A stretch of DNA of 64,000 nucleotides, from positions 124,001 through 188,000 of the forward strand of contig JAQGDQ010000156.1 of assembly GCA_030141605.1 (NCBI GenBank). Reading direction: 5' to 3'. The translations under genes and the position numbers were made by a program. This DNA comes from Tubiluchus corallicola. Taxonomy: Eukaryota > Animalia > Priapulida. This document shows positions 61,401 to 64,000 of the stretch, piece by piece (within the stretch, counting starts at the first letter, position 1; the number at the start of each line of letters is the position of its first letter). Under the pieces are notes generated by a model that saw nothing but the letters and a program-made list of their open reading frames with translations, was not told the origin of the DNA and made no database searches.

Positions 61401-63036
61401 GTGACGTCAACAATAGTTGGGCTCACCTGCCATTAATTAAGTTTTTAATCTATTATTTAATTATCAGAAACGCTTTTGCAATATTAATCGTGTTAAAATG
61501 TATACTTTTTATCCGACATGAAAATGGGGGTAGTATTTGAAAAATTATCCTGTCTTCTTTTAACAACACAAATGCAACGTTAAGCGAAACATTGTTAAAT
61601 GGAACCAGTACTTCCATGAAAAGTAATGTAAAAGAATTGCGATACTTTCCAAGCGCAAAAATCAATGCTGCTTAAATCGTATAAGTTAAACGTTTTATGG
61701 GTTTTATTCATATTTCTAGTGATTAATTTCTTTGTGTTTGCTTGAAACCATATATGTTTCTATAATATCTAAATAGGCTTGCTTGCGGTTCTCTTTCCGT
61801 AACATTAAAACCTATATATAGACAGCAGTTAAACGGGCTGAGTAGTGAAAGCCAAGCCTGCATGAGGCGATACTGAAACAATTTCATGTAGTACTAGCCT
61901 GGTTGTTATAGCAACAACTAAGTTGCAGATAAAATTCCTTGGCATGAAGTTTAACTTGGGTGTGTGTAGGCATATAAATTGGCAAATAGATCTCACTTGA
62001 TACAAGGGCCTAGAGCTCCTAGAAGTTAGTGCACAATAATTGCACTTTTTAGGTTACTAATGTGTTTTTAGAACGGAGTAGCGCAATAAGTACCGTTTTA
62101 GTGCTCAAATTAGGCAAAAACCATTGATGATAAAATGAAAATTTGTGTGAGCAAAGTAAAGAAAATCATCGTTGAAATGAAGTGTGCGTCATTAACTGAA
62201 AAAGAGGTGTCAAATGTTTAATGGTAAATGCTAAATGGGAAGTCGTTAAGCGAGGACTTTCTGTACTTAGCTTGTACAAACCTGTTTATCTGTTTAAAGC
62301 ACTTTATGTAAGTAGAAAAGAAAATCCTGGCTCACGTCAATATGTGAAACTCACCTTACAAAGTGCACCCCTTGGCTCACCGTAAAACATATTATTAATC
62401 TTATTGACAAGATAAAGTAATTTTTGCTATTGTTTAATTAATGAAGTCTGTGTGACGAATGCTGTGTGTGATTATTTTTTCAGTGTTATTTACCTACTTT
62501 GTCAGGTGTTATTTAAACTTGTTTCAAATAACGTACCATTAAAATGGCTGCGCCTAACGGTCTTCGCGGAAGTTTAAATTTATACATTTTCTACAGCTTA
62601 CTGTGCAAGCCCTTTATGCAACAAGACAGCACCATAAGTGATATAAAATTTCAAGACGAATTTTTAAACTTTACTTATGAAGAGTATTTTGTTGTGCTTT
62701 TAGAATGTATAATTGTATGATTGCATGCGTGCATGTGCGTGCGTGCGTGCATGCATGAGTGTGCGTGCACACATGTAACATGGAAGTCAGTATCTTCATT
62801 ACTGTTTCGTGATGATTCATTTTGTAGGGTGTTGTTAGCATTGTATTTTTGTTTTTAGTGCTCTTGTTACAAAAGTGTCCTATGTGGTATTTGGGGAGGA
62901 GGACAAGCGTGTTCCTGAGTCACAAGATGATGGACTTGACACGGACAGTTTAGAGGAAAGCCTATTTGTTGAAAGTCAAGGAGCTCTGCAACTTTATCCT
63001 GCTGATGTTACATTTGATATTAATAAGCAGTATATG
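1..63036 (+). CDS. Giant multi-exon gene, partial at both ends: >=5,190-aa extracellular protein of tandem ~100-aa SEA-like modules with a PTS segment and one LDLa module
   Basis: 43 exons with GT/AG boundaries and compatible phases: 1-136, 330-532, 1406-2087, 2933-3126, 3884-4607, 5099-5298, 6124-6832, 8914-9119, 9734-10451, 11440-12015, 13088-13296, 14435-15149, 15727-15935, 16755-17451, 18986-19176, 19734-20451, 20575-20795, 21025-21763, 22873-23060, 24596-24787, 25593-25820, 27122-27386, 27949-28809, 29799-30061, 31344-31971, 32582-32781, 33260-33554, 35102-35260, 35873-36097, 37671-37829, 39843-39973, 40679-42824, 43587-43689, 44557-44669, 46897-47146, 47999-48104, 48406-48523, 50016-50070, 58982-59259, 59649-59715, 60319-60560, 60789-60861, 62859-63036. 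Sum 15,570 nt = 5,190 codons with no stop. Recurrent motifs LxxxWxxxNPG, WxLxVxNxT, dGxpVtxvxYxv. Confidence 0.88.
330..532 (+). CDS. Exon 2 (short type, phase 1-0)
   Basis: cctag|GATCC...ACG|gtaatt; GSEASVNV...[11 protein letters not shown]...LCDDCDVST. Confidence 0.85.
1020..1300 (-). mobile_element. Degenerate 3' fragment of a non-LTR retrotransposon (CR1/L2-like ORF2 C-terminus)
   Basis: ORF 1039-1260 reads [15 protein letters not shown]...LLLHGN..L...[11 protein letters not shown]...KHF*, resembling the CPxY...LLxG...N..IF..V..F...RF* tail of invertebrate CR1/L2-group ORF2 proteins. Recognised by pattern only. Confidence 0.55.
1406..2087 (+). CDS. Exon 3 (long type, super-repeat 1, phase 0-1)
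   Basis: ttcag|GTTAAC...AATCCAG|gtaagc; VNTLFIG...RAWTAANPG. Confidence 0.9.
2933..3126 (+). CDS. Exon 4 (short type)
   Basis: tgtag|GTGTT...AGCAAA|gtaaga; [10 protein letters not shown]...TSIEYVV. Confidence 0.85.
3884..4607 (+). CDS. Exon 5 (long type, super-repeat 2)
   Basis: cttag|CTTTAT...AATCCAG|gtaagc; LYPLYLS...RAWQEANPG. Confidence 0.9.
5099..5298 (+). CDS. Exon 6 (short type)
   Basis: tcaag|ATTTC...GAG|gtttgt; DFNVSTT...[11 protein letters not shown]; the AAG acceptor is slightly less certain. Confidence 0.8.
6124..6832 (+). CDS. Exon 7 (long type, super-repeat 3)
   Basis: gatag|ATATAT...AATCCAG|gtgagt; IYPIHVL...SSWEQANPG. Confidence 0.9.
7044..8097. mobile_element. MITE with TIRs and TA target-site duplication, containing an expanded 49-bp minisatellite
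   Basis: TA|CACTCATGTCTCAGTTT ... AAACCGAGATATGAGTG|TA; related inverted copy at 51691-52102. Confidence 0.8.
7262..7958. repeat. 49-bp minisatellite, ~14 copies
   Basis: Unit TTACATGCTGCTTAAACCACTAAACACGCTGACATACTAGTGTGTGTTG, near-identical head-to-tail copies with no spacers. Confidence 0.95.
8914..9119 (+). CDS. Exon 8 (short type)
   Basis: tatag|ATTCG...AGCAAG|gtatgt; DSELVLYVT...[11 protein letters not shown]. Confidence 0.88.
9734..10451 (+). CDS. Exon 9 (long type, super-repeat 4)
   Basis: tgcag|GAATAT...AATCCAG|gtacga; EYDLYLA...RNWQERNPG. Confidence 0.9.
11440..12015 (+). CDS. Exon 10: symmetric (phase 1-1) exon with a mucin-like PTS region and [10 protein letters not shown] repeats
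   Basis: tccag|GAAAAG...AATCCAC|gtaagt; 576 nt; about five 30-nt coding repeats at ~11725-11900. Confidence 0.88.
12350..12625. mobile_element. Imperfect palindromic (foldback/MITE-like) element
   Basis: CATCAGCACCATTTTCTTGGAGATTTGAA (~12411) pairs with TTCAAATCCTCAATAAAATGGTGCTGAT (~12541). Confidence 0.6.
13088..13296 (+). CDS. Exon 11 (short type)
   Basis: cctag|GAAAAG...AGCAAG|gttggt; KVVVVYIT...[11 protein letters not shown]. Confidence 0.88.
13921..14280. repeat. Intronic tandem duplication, 2 x ~180 bp
   Basis: ATCAGCAGCCAAAAAA...GATTTGTGTTTT(A/G)TACTAAG present twice head-to-tail. Confidence 0.85.
14435..15149 (+). CDS. Exon 12 (long type, super-repeat 5)
   Basis: ctcag|GGTTAC...AATCCAG|gtttgt; GYTYYVI...RIWRQANPG. 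Confidence 0.9.
15680..15712. repeat. (TTAC)n microsatellite just upstream of an acceptor
   Basis: ttacttacttac run. Confidence 0.8.
15727..15935 (+). CDS. Exon 13 (short type)
   Basis: ttcag|ATAAAG...AACAAG|gtacat; DKDLHIEL...[11 protein letters not shown]. Confidence 0.88.
16755..17451 (+). CDS. Exon 14 (long type, super-repeat 6)
   Basis: tccag|ATATTT...AATCCTG|gtatgt; IFPLYIR...DAWETANPG. Confidence 0.9.
18986..19176 (+). CDS. Exon 15 (short type)
   Basis: cacag|GAAAG...GAAAAG|gtaata; KEFQIEI...GCEFCTSEK. Confidence 0.88.
19376..19626. repeat. Compound intronic microsatellite (GTT)n/(GCT)n/(TCTTGC)n
   Basis: Direct reading; lies between the donor at 19177 and the acceptor at 19733. 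Confidence 0.9.
19734..20451 (+). CDS. Exon 16 (long type, super-repeat 7)
   Basis: tacag|CTATAT...AATGCGG|gtaagt; LYPLYIL...NAWYISNAG. Confidence 0.9.
20575..20795 (+). CDS. Exon 17 (short type)
   Basis: tttag|ACAAG...CGAAAG|gttggc; DKNFIIVI...VCVRLGCRK. Confidence 0.88.
21025..21763 (+). CDS. Exon 18 (long type, super-repeat 8)
   Basis: tacag|ATGTAT...AATCCTG|gtaagc; MYVLYLS...RAWELSNPG. Confidence 0.9.
22372..22776. mobile_element. Long imperfect inverted repeat (foldback/MITE-like), arms ~170 bp
   Basis: AATGATGCAAAGGCACAAACTGAAA (~22428) pairs with TTTCAGTTTGTGCCTTTGCATCATT (~22688); ATTATCAAACTATAAAT pairs with ATTTATAGTTTGATAAT. Confidence 0.8.
22873..23060 (+). CDS. Exon 19 (short type)
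   Basis: tgtag|GGTTG...AATAAG|gtacgc; GLKFHILL...LVADNK; the acceptor region is tandemly duplicated. Confidence 0.82.
23240..23710. mobile_element. Diverged, inverted internal copy of the MITE at 45337-45988
   Basis: GAGAGGGTGGCTAACCTTGATAAC matches the reverse complement of GTTATCGAGGTCAGCCACCCTCTC; TTTCCCACTATTGAACATTATT matches that of AATAATGTTCAATAATGGGAAA. Confidence 0.65.
23715..24145. mobile_element. Putative non-autonomous DNA element with subterminal CCTGGAAAA/CAGGGAAAA motifs
   Basis: Clusters of ~10-bp motifs at both ends (23740-23860 and 24080-24120); termini degenerate. Confidence 0.45.
24596..24787 (+). CDS. Exon 20 (first third of the split long exon, super-repeat 9; absent from the ORF track)
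   Basis: ttcag|TTTTAT...TATCAG|gtaata; FYHIFIT...RQEWESN...[13 protein letters not shown]...VALIAYQ. Confidence 0.88.
24796..24992. repeat. Intronic tandem duplication, 2 x ~98 bp
   Basis: TTTATGTTTATGTGGCGTAC...GGTAATGTTAACAATTTCTT twice. Confidence 0.85.
25593..25820 (+). CDS. Exon 21 (middle of the split long exon, phase 0-0)
   Basis: ttcag|ATTTTG...GTCAAG|gtgatt; ILLPSD...[12 protein letters not shown]. Confidence 0.88.
26345..27000. mobile_element. MITE-like element with imperfect TIRs; inverted copy at 28878-29486
   Basis: Ends TGTGTGCTTGCATAGCAAAA and TTTTGGTCTGCAAGCACACG; internal sequence matches the reverse complement of 28878-29486. Confidence 0.75.
27122..27386 (+). CDS. Exon 22 (last third of the split long exon)
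   Basis: tttag|GTGTAT...AATCCAG|gtgcat; VYAVKIT...NAWNQINPG. Confidence 0.88.
27508..27623. repeat. (TTGTG/TTGTA)n pentanucleotide microsatellite
   Basis: Direct reading. Confidence 0.9.
27949..28809 (+). CDS. Exon 23 (fused short+long exon, super-repeat 10, phase 1-1)
   Basis: tacag|GTGTG...AATCCCG|gtaaat; VTVYVYII...KVWEKTNPG. Confidence 0.9.
28878..29486. mobile_element. Inverted copy of the 26345-27000 element
   Basis: GATATGTGAATAACTAGAAAAGCT matches the reverse complement of AGCTTTTCTAGTTATTCACATATC; also explains the homologous spurious ORFs 26482+ and 29073-. Confidence 0.75.
29799..30061 (+). CDS. Exon 24 (short exon extended into the next module)
   Basis: tgcag|ATGTT...GAACAG|gtgaga; DVLVIVYV...CDSCEN...LTAVEQ. 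Confidence 0.88.
31344..31971 (+). CDS. Exon 25 (long type, super-repeat 11)
   Basis: tgtag|GTGCTA...AATCCAG|gtaaat; VLKELW...VAWEQTNPG. Confidence 0.9.
32582..32781 (+). CDS. Exon 26 (short type)
   Basis: tttag|GTTCG...TTCAAG|gtaaaa; GSTVTIAL...VCDCKTFK. Confidence 0.88.
33260..33554 (+). CDS. Exon 27 (start of the more divergent module region)
   Basis: tgtag|ATTTAT...GAAG|gtaggg; IYEVLL...HAWVDN...[10 protein letters not shown]. Confidence 0.85.
35102..35260 (+). CDS. Exon 28
   Basis: tctag|AAGCG...AGTG|gtacgt; [13 protein letters not shown]...; phase 1-1. Confidence 0.8.
35873..36097 (+). CDS. Exon 29
   Basis: tgcag|ATTCT...TACG|gtacgt; DSASGPATF...QWTRYGYAV; phase 1-1. Confidence 0.8.
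36416..37056. mobile_element. Degenerate MITE
   Basis: CAGTGGCGTAGCAA ... TTGCTATGCCTCT imperfect TIRs with a poly-C tract near the right end. Confidence 0.45.
37125..37624. mobile_element. hAT-superfamily MITE, 500 bp
   Basis: Perfect 14-bp TIRs CAGGGGTGTGCAAA/TTTGCACACCCCTG; perfect 8-bp TSD TATTAACC at 37117-37124 and 37625-37632. Confidence 0.92.
37671..37829 (+). CDS. Exon 30 (absent from the ORF track)
   Basis: tacag|ATTTG...AATA|gtaagt; [14 protein letters not shown]...VERAIK...VTVTVIRM. Confidence 0.8.
37990..39480. repeat. 46-bp minisatellite, ~32 copies
   Basis: Unit CTTGAGCTCTGACACTGAAATTGAAACTGAAACAACAGTGCAACTA; highly homogeneous, one +2 slip near 39061. Confidence 0.97.
39843..39973 (+). 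CDS. Exon 31 (absent from the ORF track)
   Basis: tgtag|ATAAT...TATCAG|gtacga; NVVTKIVYV...GCNCLPYQ; phase 1-0. Confidence 0.82.
40679..42824 (+). CDS. Exon 32, 2,146 nt: about six modules plus an LDLa module
   Basis: tacag|ATTAGA...AAAG|gtaaag; ORF 40640-42913; motifs [28 protein letters not shown]. Confidence 0.92.
41756..41866 (+). other. LDL-receptor class A (complement-type) repeat within exon 32
   Basis: [37 protein letters not shown]: six Cys and the canonical CD-x3-DC-x-DGSDE Ca2+-binding motif. Confidence 0.92.
43587..43689 (+). CDS. Exon 33 (absent from the ORF track)
   Basis: ttcag|CTCTT...CTCAA|gtacgt; ALVNKT...FYVGDL; phase 1-2. Confidence 0.78.
44557..44669 (+). CDS. Exon 34
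   Basis: tttag|CACAA...AATG|gtaaga; [10 protein letters not shown]...[10 protein letters not shown]; phase 2-1. Confidence 0.82.
44781..44885. repeat. Short tandem duplication, 2 x ~52 bp, each starting with a G tract
   Basis: CG(n)...AGTTTCTAAATTAC(T/C)CACTGACGTATTATTGTCA(C/T)AGAT twice. Confidence 0.8.
45337..45988. mobile_element. MITE with imperfect TIRs
   Basis: TAGGGTAAGGTGGGGTGAAATG ... CATTTCATACCACCTCCCCCTA; related sequence at 23240-23710 and ~46605-46665. Confidence 0.7.
46897..47146 (+). CDS. Exon 35
   Basis: aacag|GTGTC...AACAA|gtaagt; phase 1-2. Confidence 0.82.
47999..48104 (+). CDS. Exon 36 (true frame differs from the ORF-track frame)
   Basis: ttcag|TTTCG...ACATCG|gtaaac; [19 protein letters not shown]...; phase 2-0. 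Confidence 0.72.
48406..48523 (+). CDS. Exon 37 (absent from the ORF track)
   Basis: tctag|GACACG...GATG|gtaggt; ...[11 protein letters not shown]...ITTSLERAI; phase 0-1. Confidence 0.8.
49129..49690 (+). mobile_element. Tc1/mariner(pogo)-like MITE copy, right end degraded
   Basis: TA|CAGTAAACTCCACATAACTCAAATC; direct copy of 56002-56585. Confidence 0.75.
50016..50070 (+). CDS. Exon 38 (55 nt; precedes the intron hosting the nested genes)
   Basis: ttcag|TGCCA...TACTT|gtgagt; [18 protein letters not shown]; phase 1-2, matching the phase-2 acceptor at 58981. Confidence 0.8.
50283..50767. mobile_element. Degenerate hAT-like MITE
   Basis: CAGTAGTTCCCAACCTT ... AAGGTTGCGAACCCCATG imperfect TIRs. 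Confidence 0.5.
50815..51190. mobile_element. Degenerate palindromic element
   Basis: GAGGCAGAATGGCAGATGAAACCT pairs with AGGTTCATCTGCTATACTGCCTC; outer arms also complementary. Confidence 0.55.
51691..52102. mobile_element. MITE of the 7044-8097 family, in the presumed BIRC5 3'UTR
   Basis: TA|CACTCATATCTCGGTTT ... AAACAGAGACATGAGTG; starts 20 nt past the BIRC5 stop. Confidence 0.78.
52122..52658 (-). CDS. BIRC5: Survivin (single-BIR chromosomal passenger protein), 178 aa, intronless CDS
   Basis: RLKSF..NWPF...CTP..LAEAGFY...[30 protein letters not shown] (Cx2Cx16Hx6C zinc ligands) followed by a helical coiled-coil tail and no RING; first ATG after the acceptor at 52745 is at 52658. Confidence 0.93.
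   Translation of the reverse strand: MKFERNEEDTTAEVNADVDVHDTPENRNLNSMCLQENRLKSFANANWPFSSEDDNCLCTPNNLAEAGFYFCGTDQDPDSTKCFACGKELNCWDPEDDPWEEHKKHSPKCPFVCLNVKEGDIKIADFMKLIIDIHVWKVVKTTEAAVKEYEKQAGEVREIIKQLLVDVEREELSCKTEL
54117..54215 (-). other. BIRC5: Probable non-coding first exon of BIRC5 (5'UTR intron 52745-54116)
   Basis: Minus-strand donor CTAG|GTAAGC at 54117/54116 and acceptor tcttatcttcctttag| at 52745; TSS position approximate. Confidence 0.6.
54190..54360. promoter_or_regulatory. Bidirectional BIRC5/GLRX5 promoter with E2F/CDE-like and CHR motifs
   Basis: TTTCGCGGGCG (54210-54220), then TTTCC, then TTTGAA (54226-54231); ETS-like GGAAGTG at ~54259; locally CpG-rich, between divergent genes. 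Confidence 0.6.
54419..54832 (+). CDS. GLRX5: Mitochondrial monothiol glutaredoxin 5 (Fe-S cluster transfer), 137 aa, intronless CDS
   Basis: VVVFMKG-x5-CGFS active site, [29 protein letters not shown]; Arg/Ser/Thr-rich, acid-free N-terminal presequence from ATG 54419. Confidence 0.96.
   Translation: MSCTRILLLRHVTRTYAQSCRSYTSTTTREKIKNLLKSSKVVVFMKGEPSAPKCGFSNAVAQILRMHGVEYESRDVLEEPDLRQGIKDFSEWPTIPQVFVNGEFVGGCDIMLQMHHDGELVEVLEKAGIRSALLDKE
55310..55315 (+). terminator. Candidate GLRX5 polyadenylation signal
   Basis: AATAAA ~480 nt after the stop, followed by T-rich sequence. Confidence 0.4.
55503..55673. repeat. Diverged tandem duplication, 2 x ~85 bp
   Basis: AAACAGAAACTATAAAAT...GTCTGTGCA...TGTATGTACA...CATTTTAATCA twice. 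Confidence 0.75.
56002..56585 (+). mobile_element. Tc1/mariner(pogo)-like MITE with TA TSD
   Basis: TA|CAATAAACTCTGCATAACTCAAAT ... ATTTGAGTTATGCG..GAGTTTACTG|TA. Confidence 0.8.
58982..59259 (+). CDS. Exon 39 (host gene resumes)
   Basis: tacag|CGAGG...ACAG|gtaaat; [10 protein letters not shown]...VCKCKP...[10 protein letters not shown]; phase 2-1. Confidence 0.86.
59649..59715 (+). CDS. Exon 40
   Basis: tgtag|AAAAC...CTTGG|gtgagt; [22 protein letters not shown]; phase 1-2. Confidence 0.8.
60319..60560 (+). CDS. Exon 41
   Basis: tccag|TAACA...AAAG|gtaaaa; KVQGIKYTI...RCPCPI...[10 protein letters not shown]; phase 2-1. Confidence 0.86.
60789..60861 (+). CDS. Exon 42 (true frame differs from the ORF-track frame)
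   Basis: tctag|GTTAT...AATGG|gtaaga; [25 protein letters not shown]; phase 1-2. Confidence 0.8.
62859..63036 (+). CDS. Exon 43 (last in the window; gene continues)
   Basis: tttag|TGCTC...TATATG|gtatgt; [12 protein letters not shown]...LQLYPAD; phase 2-0, no stop. Confidence 0.8.
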
Positions 63037-64000
63037 GTATGTATATGACTTTTAAGAATTGTTGAACATAAGGTTTTCCTAAACAACCCACTTTATTAGA
63101 AAAATTTAACATTTCTACTGCATACTAGCAATCATCATCTGGGAATATATATAAAGAAATATGAAAATCTTTCCTGTTGATGACTGTAGTTGTAACTGTC
63201 TACTGTAGTAGAAACGTTGCATTTTTCTAGTAAAGATTTAAAAAAAATTATTATCTAGCATGGTTATTTATGAAATATATTGTTCTTGTCATAAAAAACT
63301 TAAAAAAACTTCATAAGAAGATATGTCTTACTTATCATTTATCATTGTATTTGGAAGTTGGCATTATCATTCTATTAAGTGGTAACATATTTTCACATAC
63401 TTTCTTTGCGTGTCATTAAATGTGAAATGCCCCAATGCTATCCAGTGTGCCCCAAAATACATAAGTGATCTTGGACATGGTACTTCACACCCTACCTGTC
63501 ACTGAACAACAGATACAATAATTATCACCTCTTACATAAATAAAACAATGCTGATATCTTCACTTGTCCATTGTGTTAAGTCAAGATATATGTTTCAAAA
63601 TTTCATATAAGTGTTTGTGTCTAAGATAGCAAAAAATATAATTTTATGATTGTGTTGGCTAAAAGACGGGAATTTCTGCATATTCTGGAATTTGTGAATT
63701 GCTGGTATATATATATTGTGACATAGTCATTTTGTTTACATACAATTAATAGTTTTTTCTTTAAATGTTTATGAGACTGATTTTTGCCAGGGATAATAAT
63801 AAAATACGTTATGAAGGTGTATATGGTGCATTCATTGGCATTGTGGCAATGTTATTTCTGCTAAAATTGAAATTTCCAAATGGTTAGACGTGTCAGTATG
63901 TGCACTAGGATAACTGTCCTTAGCAATGAAATAAAACAGATTTCTTGAAAATTCTTCATTTGTCATAGCATTAATCTCATTGGTTGTGGTGATATCACAT

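Noticed and set aside
62597-62637. Candidate micro-exon after ctacag ([13 protein letters not shown])
   Set aside because: Wrong entry phase and weak donor; exon 60789-60861 already bridges phase 1 to phase 2 with strong sites and a module-like sequence

Overview
AT-rich, intron-rich animal (probably invertebrate) genomic DNA. Almost the whole window is one giant + strand gene that is open at both ends. I traced 43 GT-AG exons by hand whose phases join into one uninterrupted frame of 15,570 nt (5,190 aa). It encodes a probably extracellular protein of roughly 50 divergent ~100-aa modules with a predicted beta-alpha-beta-beta-alpha, SEA-like pattern. The first ~33 kb holds 11 three-module (~300 aa) super-repeats with a stereotyped long-exon/short-exon layout, and one symmetric exon carries a mucin-like Pro/Thr/Ser spacer. 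An LDL-receptor class A module lies inside one of the later modules. One 8.9-kb intron (50071-58981) contains a head-to-head gene pair with intronless CDSs: survivin/BIRC5 (- strand) and mitochondrial monothiol glutaredoxin GLRX5 (+ strand). Their short shared promoter has E2F/CDE- and CHR-like motifs. The introns carry many MITEs (hAT-like, TA-TSD, palindromic), 49-bp and 46-bp minisatellites, microsatellites and a LINE 3' fragment. Fold and family assignments for the giant protein come from sequence pattern only; no searches were run.
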